DNA from: an uncultured bacterium
GTDB lineage: Bacteria; Desulfobacterota_D; UBA1144; Nemesobacterales; UBA2774
Direction: 5' to 3'
NCBI GenBank assembly: GCA_963825135.1
Contig: CAWGRW010000009.1
Span: 1,920,001-1,984,000 of the forward strand
Length of the DNA: 64,000 nucleotides
The notes under the pieces were generated by a model that worked only from the letters and a program-made list of their open reading frames with translations, searched no databases and was not told the origin of the DNA. This document shows positions 41,153 through 51,400 of the stretch, one piece after another (position 1 is the first letter of the stretch; each line of letters starts with the position of its first letter). The position numbers were made by a program, and so were the translations under genes.

Positions 41153-43021
41153 ATGAAATTTGGCAGGAAATTGAAATCGATATATATCTTTGCATGTATT
41201 TCCATATTTGCGCTAGTCGTTTCTTGCGCCGTCGGCGACAGCAGCACCCCCGGAACTATAAGCGACCTTACGGCCGATTTAATTACGAGACTCCTCAACT
41301 GGACGGCTCCGGGCGACAACGGAAACAGCGGGACGGTGACGATTTACTTCCCCAGGTACCTCGATGACGGACAGGTGGCCGAAATACTGGGCGTCCCCAA
41401 TCTGGACGGCGTGCCTTTTTCCGAAATCCAGGACGCGGTCATAGACAATTTTAAAGACGCTACGCAGATACCGGACTTCGAGGCTCCCCTGCCCGCGGGC
41501 AGTGCCGAGAGTTTCCTCACTCCGAGACTCGATATCACGGGAGCCACGAGATACTTTTATTCCATACGCAGCAACGATGAGACCGGACATTCATCCAATC
41601 CCTCAAACGTGGCCGAGCTTACAACCCCCCTCCGGAAAGTCAGATATGTGAGCGGCGCGGCAGGCAGCTGTATAGGGAGATCGGTCGCGGCTGGCAATTA
41701 TAACGGCGACGAGATAACACAGAATATATGCATCGTCGAAAACGATCAGGACCAGTGCAGCGGCGGCGGTCTGAATATCGGTATTAACGATATCGCGGTC
41801 GGCGACCCGTGCCTGGGAATGGTATATATATTTTACGGCGGGAACGACCTTACGAATAACGGAAGCACGACGATAGACGTCGCTGACGCCGATGTGACGA
41901 TCATAGGCAACGCGTCGGACGGTTTCGGCGCCTCTTTAGCCACGAGCAATGATTCCGGAGGGGACAAAAAGGCGCAGGAGCTCATTATCGGAGCGCCTGA
42001 ATTTAACGGCGGCACAGGAAAGGTGTACGTCGTTTTCGGGAGCGAACAGCTTCCGTCGGTGATAGATCTCGTAAGCGGCACCGAAGAGCATGTCGAGATA
42101 GTCGGGGAGAACCCCGGGGATAACTTCGGATACACCGTCGCACAGGGCAGCGGCGTGACGAACGGCAAGGGTGTGTTCATAGTGGGCGCTCCGTTTTACA
42201 GCTCGGAGACCGGCAGGGCCTACGTTTTCAAGGGTGGCGACCTGGACACGAAAGCCGTAGTTTCGGCGACAAACGCGAAAGCCATCTTTACGGGACAGGA
42301 GACGGGAGGTCAATTCGGTTTCGATATCTCGCTTGTCGGGCATATCGACAGCGGCGGCACCAATGATTTCGGGGTCGGCGCCCCCGGGATCGGAAGGGCA
42401 TATGTAATACTCGGGAACAACGACCTTAAGGGGAAAGACCTCGCCACCGACACAACGAATGTCCTCGTCATCGAGGGGAGTGCGGACGACGGCTTCGGTA
42501 TGAGCATTTCCGGGGACGGGGATATAGACGAGGACGGGCAGGGCACGGATGACGTCATAATAGGCGCCCCAGGAACAAACAGCGATACCGGCTCCGTGTT
42601 CCTTTATTCGGGCGAGGATTTAAAGACCGCGCTTAAGGACGGCACTCCGCCGGTTGTGGAGACGGAGTTTACCGGGCTCAACCCCGGGGACCTGTTCGGT
42701 ACGTCGATAAGCGTGTTCCCTTTCCTTACGCCCGGGCTGCTGGCGAAGCAGAGGGACACGGCCATAGTGCTCCAATTCCAGGTGAGCAACGCCGACTTCG
42801 GAGTGGGAGCGCCGGGTGTGCCGGACGGAGCGGTCTATGTGTTTTTCGGGCAGGATAATTTCCCGGCTCAGGTTCCGGCGGGCGATGCCGATCTCACTCG
42901 CGTCGGGAAGGCGGGTGACTCCGACTTCGGAAGCGTTGTCGAGGGGCTCGAGGACGTAAACGGCGACGAGGAAGACGATTTCGCCGTGGGCGGCAGCGGA
43001 TTTATGAATGTCTTTTATTAA
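41153..43021 (+). CDS. FG-GAP/integrin-alpha repeat lipoprotein with an N-terminal FnIII-like region
   Basis: VVSC lipobox, LNWTAPGD, repeated FG...D...GAP...G.VY. Confidence 0.85.
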   Translation: MKFGRKLKSIYIFACISIFALVVSCAVGDSSTPGTISDLTADLITRLLNWTAPGDNGNSGTVTIYFPRYLDDGQVAEILGVPNLDGVPFSEIQDAVIDNFKDATQIPDFEAPLPAGSAESFLTPRLDITGATRYFYSIRSNDETGHSSNPSNVAELTTPLRKVRYVSGAAGSCIGRSVAAGNYNGDEITQNICIVENDQDQCSGGGLNIGINDIAVGDPCLGMVYIFYGGNDLTNNGSTTIDVADADVTIIGNASDGFGASLATSNDSGGDKKAQELIIGAPEFNGGTGKVYVVFGSEQLPSVIDLVSGTEEHVEIVGENPGDNFGYTVAQGSGVTNGKGVFIVGAPFYSSETGRAYVFKGGDLDTKAVVSATNAKAIFTGQETGGQFGFDISLVGHIDSGGTNDFGVGAPGIGRAYVILGNNDLKGKDLATDTTNVLVIEGSADDGFGMSISGDGDIDEDGQGTDDVIIGAPGTNSDTGSVFLYSGEDLKTALKDGTPPVVETEFTGLNPGDLFGTSISVFPFLTPGLLAKQRDTAIVLQFQVSNADFGVGAPGVPDGAVYVFFGQDNFPAQVPAGDADLTRVGKAGDSDFGSVVEGLEDVNGDEEDDFAVGGSGFMNVFY

Positions 43022-43049
43022 TCGCCCGGAGCGGAATCCCGGGGATTTG

Positions 43050-44252
43050 TTATTCGTATCTGAGGGCCTCGATCGGGTCGAGCTTCGATGCCTTCCGCGC
43101 GGGATAGATACCGAAAAATATACCGATCAGCGCGGCGAACCCGAAAGCCAAAAGTATGGATTCAGGCGATATCACGCTCTTCCATCCCGTCAGCGACGAG
43201 GCGATTTTCGAGCCCGCTATGCCTGACGCTATGCCGATCACTCCCCCGGTAAGCGAAAGCAGCACCGCCTCGATCAGGAACTGAACCATAATATCCTTTT
43301 CCTTGGCCCCGACGGCCATCCTGATGCCGATCTCCTTCGTCCTTTCCCCTACCGATACCAGCATGATGTTCATGATGCCGATACCGCCTACCACGAGCGA
43401 GATGGAGGCGATGCTCCCGAGCAGCACCGTCATGATATTCGAGATTGCGAATATCCTGTCTATCACCCCTAACTGGCTCTTGATATAAAAGTTGTCCTCT
43501 TCGTTTTTATCGATCTTGTGCCTTTCCCTGAGGAGGAGCTTGATTCGGGATTCCGCCGCCGGGATATCCCCGGGCGAGCTCACGGATACCGATATGGTCT
43601 CAAGCGCGTTTGATCCGAGTATCCTCTTCTGAAAGGTGGTATAGGGGATGAGCACCACGTCGTCCTGGTCCCGCCCGCCTGTCGTCTGACCGAGCGGGCT
43701 CATGACGCCTATCACGCTGAATGAATTTTTCCCGATCCTCACCGTCTGACCCACCGGGTCGCTGTATCCGAACAGGTTGGACACGACCGTCCTTCCCAGA
43801 ACGCAGACATTGGCCATCCTCGCCGTGTCCTCGTTGTTGAAAAAGACCCCGTTGTCGGGATACCAGTCGTTTATATAAACGAAATCGGGGCTCGTTCCCG
43901 CGATCACCGTAAACCAGTTTCTGTTCCCCCATACCACCTGTTCCGGGGCGTCGAGCATCGGAGATACGTATTTTACGATGTCGAGCTGCCTGATGGCTTC
44001 GGCATCGCCGGACGTAAGGTCGATCGCGCTTTCCTGTACTCCCACGCCCCTCTTCCCGGGGCTGATAAATAGCGACTTTCCGCCGAGGCTCGTCAGCTGC
44101 TCCTCTATCATCTTGTTCGCGCCGCGCGTGAGGGAAACGAGCGATATGACCGCGGCGACGCCGATAATGATGCCGAGAGTCGTAAGGATCGACCTCACCT
44201 TGTTCGATTTTATGGCTCTCGAAGAGACTTTTAGGGCTGCGAGGAAATTCAT
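43050..44252 (-). CDS. ABC transporter permease (MacB-like)
   Basis: RSILTTLGIIIGV, GGIGIMNIMLVSV.ERTKEIGIRMAVGA, PIEALRYE. Confidence 0.93.
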   Translation of the reverse strand: MNFLAALKVSSRAIKSNKVRSILTTLGIIIGVAAVISLVSLTRGANKMIEEQLTSLGGKSLFISPGKRGVGVQESAIDLTSGDAEAIRQLDIVKYVSPMLDAPEQVVWGNRNWFTVIAGTSPDFVYINDWYPDNGVFFNNEDTARMANVCVLGRTVVSNLFGYSDPVGQTVRIGKNSFSVIGVMSPLGQTTGGRDQDDVVLIPYTTFQKRILGSNALETISVSVSSPGDIPAAESRIKLLLRERHKIDKNEEDNFYIKSQLGVIDRIFAISNIMTVLLGSIASISLVVGGIGIMNIMLVSVGERTKEIGIRMAVGAKEKDIMVQFLIEAVLLSLTGGVIGIASGIAGSKIASSLTGWKSVISPESILLAFGFAALIGIFFGIYPARKASKLDPIEALRYE

Positions 44253-44974
44253 GTGAGCGTAGTCGTGGCGGATTTCGTTTCAGGGTTTTTATTGCTTTTT
44301 TGTTCCGTTATGGAGCCGTCTTTGAATACGATGGTCCGCTCCGCGTTTTCGGCTATATCGGGCTCGTGAGTGATAATGATAATGGTCTTACCCTGTTCGT
44401 TTAGCGATTTGAAGATATCCATTATCTCGGAGCTTATAACGGTGTCGAGGTTCCCCGTGGGCTCGTCCGCCAGTATCATGCTCGGGTCGTTCACTATCGC
44501 CCGCGCTATGGCGACGCGCTGCTGCTGGCCCCCCGAGAGCTGGGACGGGAAGTGCTTCTCCCTGCCGCCGAGCCCCACCCTGGAAAGCGCATCATAGGCA
44601 AGCTCGGTCCTCTTTCGGGACGGGGTGTTTTTATAGATCAACGGCAGCTCCACGTTCTCGACGGCTGTAGTCCTCGCCAGGAGATTAAAGCTCTGGAACA
44701 CGAACCCGATCTTGCTGTTCCTTATTCCGGCAAGCTCGTCCTTATCCATGTCCGAGACTTTACTTCCGTCGAGGTAATAGTTTCCGCTCGTCGGCTTGTC
44801 GAGGCATCCCAGGATGTTCATGAACGTGCTCTTTCCCGATCCCGACGCCCCCATTATCGATACGAATTCCCCCTCCCTGATATCGACGGAGACGCCCCTT
44901 AAGGCGTGGACCTCCGTATCGCCGAGCTTATAGACCTTGTGTATGTCCTTCGTGACGATGACGTTCCCGCTCAT
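44249..44974 (-). CDS. ABC transporter ATP-binding protein (MacB/LolD-like)
   Basis: [27 protein letters not shown]. Confidence 0.95.
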   Translation of the reverse strand: MSGNVIVTKDIHKVYKLGDTEVHALRGVSVDIREGEFVSIMGASGSGKSTFMNILGCLDKPTSGNYYLDGSKVSDMDKDELAGIRNSKIGFVFQSFNLLARTTAVENVELPLIYKNTPSRKRTELAYDALSRVGLGGREKHFPSQLSGGQQQRVAIARAIVNDPSMILADEPTGNLDTVISSEIMDIFKSLNEQGKTIIIITHEPDIAENAERTIVFKDGSITEQKSNKNPETKSATTTLT

Positions 44975-44977
44975 CCC

Positions 44978-46126
44978 TCAGAACCTCCTCGGCTGCGGGA
45001 GGTACGAGGAGCCGCCGTCAGATTTTTGGCCAGAGACGGCTTCGATTATTACCTCCTGTCCTTCCTTCAAATCCCCGTCCAGTATCTCGGTGTATATGTC
45101 GTCGCTTACCCCAGGTTTTACCCTGAGCGCCCCTATCTGCCCGCTCCTGAGCGGTATCCATACGTACGAATTACCGGAGAGCTCATCAGGCTTTTCCTTT
45201 ATATCCGCGGAAGAGGGGGGTATGAACCTCAGGGCCGAAGTGGGCACCCTGAGCACGTCCTTTTTATCCGCGACGACGATCTTTACCTCGGCCGTCATCC
45301 CCGGTTTTAACTTGCTGTCTTTGTTCTCCGTGAGCACGACGACGTTATAAGTAACCACGTTGTTATCGACAATCGGGTCGTTCCTCACCTGGGACACGGT
45401 CCCTTCGAAGGTCTCTCCGGGGTACGCGTCCACCTTGAAATAGGCTTTCTGGTCGCCTACGAGCTTTCCGATGTCGGCCTCGCTCACTTTCGTATCGATT
45501 TTCATGTCGGCTAGGTCGCTCGATATCACGAACAGGGCTTTACCGCCCGGGGCGACCGTTTCCCCCGTGTCGATGTTTCTCGCCAGGACCATGCCGTCCA
45601 TGGGGGATCTGATTACCGTGTTCTTCAGATTCGATTCCGCGATCTCGAGGGCGACTTTGGTCTGGTCGAAAGCCGCGAGAGCCGAAGTGTATTTGGACTC
45701 GGAGTCATCATATTCCTCTTTCGGTATGAGCCTCTTTTCGTAGAGCTCCTTATTGGCTTTGTAGAGAGAGCTCGCGATGCCGAGGTCCGCCTGAGCTTTT
45801 TTGCTTTCGGCCTCCGCCCTCTTGAGCTCGGTCTTAAGCGGGGCCGGGTCTATCTCGGCGAGCGGGTCTCCTTTCTTCACCCGGGCGTTGAAGTCGGCGT
45901 AGATTTTGTCCACCGTCCCCTGTACATGAGAGCCCACGTTTATTGTAGTAAGCGGGTTCAGCGTCCCCGTTGCGGTTATCAGTGATATCACGTCGTTCCT
46001 GTCGGCCTCGGCTGTCCTGTACGTGATACGGGCATCGTTCCTCGCGAGGAATCTGGGTACGAGAAATATCCCGAGTATCAGGATTACTATGAGTCCCGCA
46101 ATCGTCTTCTTATTTATCAACTTCAT
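44978..46126 (-). CDS. Periplasmic adaptor / membrane fusion protein (MacA-like)
   Basis: ATGTLNP, VKKGD.LA, IRSPMDG, VSEADIG, LKPGMTA. Confidence 0.92.
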   Translation of the reverse strand: MKLINKKTIAGLIVILILGIFLVPRFLARNDARITYRTAEADRNDVISLITATGTLNPLTTINVGSHVQGTVDKIYADFNARVKKGDPLAEIDPAPLKTELKRAEAESKKAQADLGIASSLYKANKELYEKRLIPKEEYDDSESKYTSALAAFDQTKVALEIAESNLKNTVIRSPMDGMVLARNIDTGETVAPGGKALFVISSDLADMKIDTKVSEADIGKLVGDQKAYFKVDAYPGETFEGTVSQVRNDPIVDNNVVTYNVVVLTENKDSKLKPGMTAEVKIVVADKKDVLRVPTSALRFIPPSSADIKEKPDELSGNSYVWIPLRSGQIGALRVKPGVSDDIYTEILDGDLKEGQEVIIEAVSGQKSDGGSSYLPQPRRF

Positions 46127-47351
46127 CCGTTCCGCCTATGGCGCGCTCGAGCCTCGCGGCCGTTATATTATAATTGTAAATAGCCTGCATGTATGCCGCC
46201 TTGCTCGACGCGTAGATGGATTCGGCCTCCGCGAGCTCCAGATCAGAGGCCCTTTCGAGCCTGTATCTTTCCTGCGCGAGATTGAAGCTCCGCTCGGCGG
46301 ATTCCCTGGTTTTCTCGGTTATCTGGATATTCTCTTCCGCGAGCCCGAGGTCGAGACTCAGCTTTTTGACCTCCGCCGTGATCTCCACTTTTGTAGTCTC
46401 GATCTCGGCCTGGGAACGAACGAGCTTGGCCTTGGCGTCCTGTATGTTGGCGAACCGCGAGAACCCCTCGAATATCGGGAACTGAAGTCCTACGCCCGCT
46501 ATAAAGCCGGGTGTCTCGGCTCCCTCTCCCTTGAACCTGTAGGCCGTCCTTCCGAAGATGAGGGGGTAGAATTCCTTCTTCGTCGCCGCGAGGTTCGCCT
46601 TCATGGAGGCTTCCTGCGCCTTTAGGCTCTTTATTTCGGGTCTCGTCTCGAGCGCCTGGTCCAGGGAGTCATCGAAGCTGACGTCCTTTTTTTCATACGC
46701 GAGAGAATCGACGAGCTCGAAGTTAAATTCACCCTCGAGTCCCATCGCCGTCATCAGACTGTCCTCGGCGATCTCGAGGTCGTTCCTCGCCGCGGCCAGG
46801 TCCATCTTCGAGTTGCCGAGGTCGACCTCTTCCTTCGTGACCTCTATCTGTGAGATCCTGCCGGCCTTATAGAACCCCTCCGCGCGCAGAAAACGCTTCT
46901 CCGCCTCCGCCACCTTTTTTTCATACGCCTCGGTGATGTGCATTTGAGAGAGTACGCCGTAGTAGCTCACTATCGTATTGAGCTTTATGTCTTCCCTCGT
47001 CGCCTGCCCCTGATATTTTGAGGACTCGAGCTGCGCCTTGCTCGACTTCACCTTGTTCGATGTCCGCCCGAAGTCCCATATCATCTGGTCGAGGAAGAAG
47101 CCCGATTCCCGTCCGACAAAGGGTACGATGAGCCTCGTGTAGATATCCGGATAGTAGGGCGCCTTCATATTCCTTACCAGGGCCCTAGATATCTCGATAT
47201 CCGCCTCGGAAATCGTGATACCCGGGTTTTTTTCGAGTGCCGTGTCTATGGCTTCTTCGAGGGTGAGAACACTTTTCCCCTGAGACCAGGCCGGGCTCAG
47301 GGCCGGGAGCAGCATGAAAATAATAATAATTCCCGAACGTATGGTCTTCAT
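46110..47351 (-). CDS. TolC-family outer membrane efflux protein
   Basis: Signal peptide from ATG 47351, LTLEEAI..AL..NP, IWDFG, RPEI, PIFEG. Confidence 0.9.
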   Translation of the reverse strand: MKTIRSGIIIIFMLLPALSPAWSQGKSVLTLEEAIDTALEKNPGITISEADIEISRALVRNMKAPYYPDIYTRLIVPFVGRESGFFLDQMIWDFGRTSNKVKSSKAQLESSKYQGQATREDIKLNTIVSYYGVLSQMHITEAYEKKVAEAEKRFLRAEGFYKAGRISQIEVTKEEVDLGNSKMDLAAARNDLEIAEDSLMTAMGLEGEFNFELVDSLAYEKKDVSFDDSLDQALETRPEIKSLKAQEASMKANLAATKKEFYPLIFGRTAYRFKGEGAETPGFIAGVGLQFPIFEGFSRFANIQDAKAKLVRSQAEIETTKVEITAEVKKLSLDLGLAEENIQITEKTRESAERSFNLAQERYRLERASDLELAEAESIYASSKAAYMQAIYNYNITAARLERAIGGTDEVDK

Positions 47352-47426
47352 ATCCTTAATAAAGCAATAATATGACTCTAAAACATATCCGTTGCAACAT
47401 CCCCGTTGTCCCCGTAAAATACCCAA

Positions 47427-48584
47427 ATGGCCTTCGGCGTTTACGTGCATATACCTTACTGCGTAAAAAAATGCCCCTACTGCGATTTTAATTCATGGGG
47501 TATTAAGGACAGCTTTCCCGAAACCGAGTACACGGAATCCCTCTTGAAGGAGCTTGAGTTCTACGCCGGGGACCTGGAAGGCCGCGCCCTTTCCACCGTC
47601 TTTTTTGGGGGCGGGACCCCTTCGCTTTTCGACCCCGGGAGCATCGACAGGATTTTATCCGCGATATATTCGATGACTGTGCCCGAGCGGGACGTTGAGG
47701 TGACGCTCGAGGTAAACCCGAAGACGGCGGACCTCGAAAAGCTCAGAGGCCTCCGCCGGGCGGGAGTGAACAGGATAAGCGTAGGGGTACAGTCTTTTTC
47801 CCGAAGGAAGCTCGAATTCCTGGGCAGGATAAACAGCCCCGAGGACGGCAGGCGGATTCTCGACGAGGTCGGCAGGGCCGGTTTCGATAACTATAATTTC
47901 GACCTGATGTACGGCACGCGCGGCGAGACGCTCGGGGAGTGGGAGGGCGATCTCGAGGAAGCGGTCGGCTTCGGATCGAGCCACATCTCGGCCTACTGTC
48001 TCACGATAGAGCCCGGCACGGAATTCGGCGCGCTCTTCAAAAAGGGGCTGCTCAGACTCCCGGGCGAGGGTTCTCTTTCCCGTTTTATCGGCTTCACGAC
48101 GGAGTACCTCGGCGCTTCCGGGTACGGGCAGTACGAGATTTCAAACTACGCGAGGCCCGGCCGCGAGAGCTCGCACAACCTTCTTTACTGGAGGGGGGAG
48201 AGTTATATCGGCATCGGAGCGGGCGCCCATTCGCATCTGAAAAGCGGGGAGGGGAGTCCGTGGGGTACCAGATGGGCAAACGTGAAACCCCCGGCATCAT
48301 ATATCAAGGCGGTCGGGGAGGGTAGAAAACCCGTGGATTTCACCGAGGTGCTGAGCAGGGAAGAGGCGGTAGAGGACCGGATAATCATGGGGTTCAGACT
48401 TAACGAGGGACTCGATATGCTGGGACTCAGGAATAATTACGGCGTCGCGCCCGATACAGGCCGCGTCGAGTCTCTGAGAGACGACGGTTTTGTAGAGGTG
48501 TCCGGCAATACGATCAGGCTCACGAAGAAGGGCACGCTTCTCTCAGACGAGATCATAGTCAGGCTCGTGAGTTCCCTCGGATAG
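47427..48584 (+). CDS. hemW: Radical SAM heme chaperone HemW
   Basis: YVHIPYCVKKCPYCDF, FFGGGTPS, YEISNYA, HNLLYW. Confidence 0.93.
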   Translation: MAFGVYVHIPYCVKKCPYCDFNSWGIKDSFPETEYTESLLKELEFYAGDLEGRALSTVFFGGGTPSLFDPGSIDRILSAIYSMTVPERDVEVTLEVNPKTADLEKLRGLRRAGVNRISVGVQSFSRRKLEFLGRINSPEDGRRILDEVGRAGFDNYNFDLMYGTRGETLGEWEGDLEEAVGFGSSHISAYCLTIEPGTEFGALFKKGLLRLPGEGSLSRFIGFTTEYLGASGYGQYEISNYARPGRESSHNLLYWRGESYIGIGAGAHSHLKSGEGSPWGTRWANVKPPASYIKAVGEGRKPVDFTEVLSREEAVEDRIIMGFRLNEGLDMLGLRNNYGVAPDTGRVESLRDDGFVEVSGNTIRLTKKGTLLSDEIIVRLVSSLG

Positions 48585-48590
48585 AGCGGG

Positions 48591-49046
48591 TCACCCTTTT
48601 TTGAGGTTATGCCTGACCCCCCCGAGTTCTATAACATAATCGCTCCCTTCCTTCCGGACGTATTTCATGAGCTCATAGTAGGCCGGGCTTAAAAGCCTCG
48701 CCTCGAACCTGTTGTTTTTTACTCTCACATACGGTACGTTCTCACCGCTCAGACGGAGGCTCCCGAGATCGAGCGTTTCTTCGGTCCCGTCGTTGAGCTT
48801 GACGTAGATGTCCTCGCCCCTCCTGTCGATCATCTTCACCACATATGGAGTGTCCTCGACCTCCACGTAGAGCCTTCCGCTGCCCTCGTCGACAAAGAAC
48901 CTTCCCTCCTCGTCCATATCGAGGAGCCTGTTGTTGTAGAGGTATGTCCCCCTGTGCCTTATCCTTATCCCGTCCTGAAACCAGTTCCCCTTCTTGTCTA
49001 TGAAGAACCTGTATTCCGTATCCCCGCGCTCTCGTTTCCCTGACAT
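48591..49046 (-). CDS. DUF1285-like protein
   Basis: IDK.G.WF..G..I...VEVEDTP, PYVRV...EARL. Confidence 0.75.
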   Translation of the reverse strand: MSGKRERGDTEYRFFIDKKGNWFQDGIRIRHRGTYLYNNRLLDMDEEGRFFVDEGSGRLYVEVEDTPYVVKMIDRRGEDIYVKLNDGTEETLDLGSLRLSGENVPYVRVKNNRFEARLLSPAYYELMKYVRKEGSDYVIELGGVRHNLKKG

Positions 49047-49089
49047 GGTATCTATTATAACGGGCTCCGGTCGGACAATCCCCGGGCTC

Positions 49090-49503
49090 TCATTCCCCCA
49101 TCACCTTTACTATCACCCTTTTCCTCCTTCCGCCGTCGAATTCCGCGTAAAATACCTTCTGCCAGGGCCCGAGGTCCAGGTCCCCCTTCGTAATCGGGAG
49201 TATGACCTGATGGTGCATTATCAGGTTCTTGAGATGCGCGTCCCCGTTGTCCTCGCCCGTTCTGTGGTGCCTGTAATCTTCCCTGTACGGGGCGAGGTGT
49301 TCGAGCCATTCCCAAATGTCTTCTATGAGCCCGCCCTCGAGGTCGTTTACGTACACGGCCGCCGTTATGTGCATCGCGGATACGAGCGCGAGCCCCTCCT
49401 TTACGCCGCTCTTTTTGACTATACCCCTTACCGTGTCCGTGATGTGCACCATCTCCCTCCTCTCTTTCGTATCGAACCATAGGTACTCGGTCAGGCTTTT
49501 CAT
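49090..49503 (-). CDS. yjbQ: YjbQ (UPF0047) family protein
   Basis: [20 protein letters not shown]...EFDG.R. Confidence 0.9.
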   Translation of the reverse strand: MKSLTEYLWFDTKERREMVHITDTVRGIVKKSGVKEGLALVSAMHITAAVYVNDLEGGLIEDIWEWLEHLAPYREDYRHHRTGEDNGDAHLKNLIMHHQVILPITKGDLDLGPWQKVFYAEFDGGRRKRVIVKVMGE

Positions 49504-49644
49504 CTTCTCCTCCTTCGTGGCTTCAATCGCTGCGGTAATTCAACCTCTTATTACTAAGATTAGCGCACGGAGGGCGGCATGCAACAAAGCGCATTGGGTT
49601 TGTAGTATCATATCGGGTGAAATTCTTACTGATACGGAGATACG

Positions 49645-49947
49645 ATGATGATTATCGAGTTGAGCGTTATTCCAATCGGGGTCGGTACCTCGCTCTCGGA
49701 ATATGTGGCGGAGGTGATGAGGGTCATCGAATCGAGCGGCCTCAGGTATGAGTCCCATTCCATGGGGACCAATATCGAGTGCGGGTGGGACGACATCACG
49801 CCGCTCGTGAGGAGGTGCCACGAAGCGCTCCGGGCCATGGGTGTCGAGCGTATAAGCACTTCGGTCAGGATAAGCGAGAGGACCGACAAGCCCTATACGA
49901 TCGAAGGGAAAATGAAGAGCCTCGGCGAGAAGCTCAATAACGGCTAA
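49645..49947 (+). CDS. MTH1187/YkoF thiamine-binding family protein
   Basis: SVIPIG...SLSEYVA, MGTNIE, ERTDK. Confidence 0.9.
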   Translation: MMIIELSVIPIGVGTSLSEYVAEVMRVIESSGLRYESHSMGTNIECGWDDITPLVRRCHEALRAMGVERISTSVRISERTDKPYTIEGKMKSLGEKLNNG

Positions 49948-49965
49948 TCCGCACGCGGTGTGTGC

Positions 49966-50050
49966 TTCTACGATCCTTCCGAATCTCTTCCTCTCAGCCG
50001 GCAACGAAGCCAAGCCCCTTCGTCCTGAGCCTGTCGAAGGTTTGAACGGG
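49966..50050 (+). repeat. REP-like element with shared leader
   Basis: ccttcgtcctgagcctgtcgaagg preceded by a leader similar to 3400-3450 and 59745-59773. Confidence 0.6.
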
Positions 50051-50128
50051 TGACACTCCCGTATGTGCGCTCCGACCTGCCGCCCGCGTCCTTGACTCCC
50101 CTCTATATTTGCGGTTTATACTTTCTCC

Positions 50129-51232
50129 GTGCCGGAAGAAGCCAGATACTGGATCGCGCTCAGCTTCGTGAACGGGCTCGGGGACGTCCTCATAAAAAAC
50201 CTCTTTTCCGAATTCAGGAATGTGGAGGACGTTTTCAAGGCTTCGTTGAAAAAACTCGCCGACGTAGACGGCGTCACCGAGAAGATAGCCCTGGCCATCA
50301 AAGGTTTTGACGAATGGGACAGGGTGGATGAGGAGATCGAAAAGATAAAGAAATCCGGGTTCGGGTTTCTCCCCCTGAACGACCCCCTTTATCCCGATCA
50401 ACTGCTCCATATATACAACCCGCCCTCCTTCCTGCTGATGAACGGGAAGATGCTCCCGCGCGACAGGGTCTCGATAGCGATAGTCGGGTCGAGGGTCCCC
50501 GACAGGTACGGACGGCTCGTTACGGAGGCCCTCTCCGGGGAGCTCGCCGCCCTCGGCGTGACGATTGTGAGCGGCATGGCGAGGGGCATAGATTCCATGG
50601 CCCAGGAAGAGGCGCTAAAGAGGGGAGGGCGCACCATAGCGGTGCTTGGCTCAGGCATAGACGTCGTCTACCCTCCGGAGAACAAGAAGCTCTACCGGGA
50701 TATTTCCGAAAACGGCGCGGTCCTTTCCGAATTCCTCATCGGTACTCCCCCCCTCGCCCAGAACTTTCCCAGGCGGAACAGAATTATAAGCGCCATCTCT
50801 CTCGGGGTGGTCGTCGTACAGGCGTCCGACAGGAGCGGCTCCCTCATTAGCGCGTCCTTCGCGCTCGACCAGAATAAAGAAGTATTCGCCGTTCCGGGGA
50901 ATGTGGACAGGAAGCTTTCCAGGGGTACGAACTGGCTAATCAAGAAGGGCGCCAAGCTGGTCGAGACCGTCGATGATATTTTGAATGAAATCGAGGTCTT
51001 GAGAGGCTTGAAGGGGGGCGATTCACCGGAATTGTTCGAACAGGCCCTTTCTGCCCTATCCGAGAGAGAGAGGGCGGTGTATTCCGTTCTCGGCCGCGAG
51101 CCCGTGCACGTCGATGAAATAATAAAGCTCACTGGGCTTGAAACCTCGAACGTTCTTTCACTCCTCCTTTCGCTTGAGTTAAACGGTTTTATCGCCCAGC
51201 ACCCGGGTAAGCTCTTCCGCAGAAGGGTATAG
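50129..51232 (+). CDS. dprA: DNA processing protein DprA
   Basis: AIVGSR, IVSGMARGID, NFPRRNRII, SGSLI.A, VFAVPG. Confidence 0.96.
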   Translation: MPEEARYWIALSFVNGLGDVLIKNLFSEFRNVEDVFKASLKKLADVDGVTEKIALAIKGFDEWDRVDEEIEKIKKSGFGFLPLNDPLYPDQLLHIYNPPSFLLMNGKMLPRDRVSIAIVGSRVPDRYGRLVTEALSGELAALGVTIVSGMARGIDSMAQEEALKRGGRTIAVLGSGIDVVYPPENKKLYRDISENGAVLSEFLIGTPPLAQNFPRRNRIISAISLGVVVVQASDRSGSLISASFALDQNKEVFAVPGNVDRKLSRGTNWLIKKGAKLVETVDDILNEIEVLRGLKGGDSPELFEQALSALSERERAVYSVLGREPVHVDEIIKLTGLETSNVLSLLLSLELNGFIAQHPGKLFRRRV

Positions 51233-51245
51233 TTTTCGTCCGCTT

Positions 51246-51314
51246 ACTTTAGTCCTAAGCTCTTTATAACCAAAGTATGTTGACAATCTAAGACTTTGGT
51301 ATTGTAATTATAAT
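51246..51314 (+). promoter_or_regulatory. Promoter with an inverted-repeat operator
   Basis: ACCAAAGT-N16-ACTTTGGT flanking TTGACA, plus a third ACTTTAGT copy; TATAAT downstream. Confidence 0.5.
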
Positions 51315-51400
51315 AAAAACATAAGTATTATTAACCCTTCCGGGGAATTTAACCGGATACGGAAAGGCGGCGGATTCAGCGCCGGGGACGGCAGGAGAGG

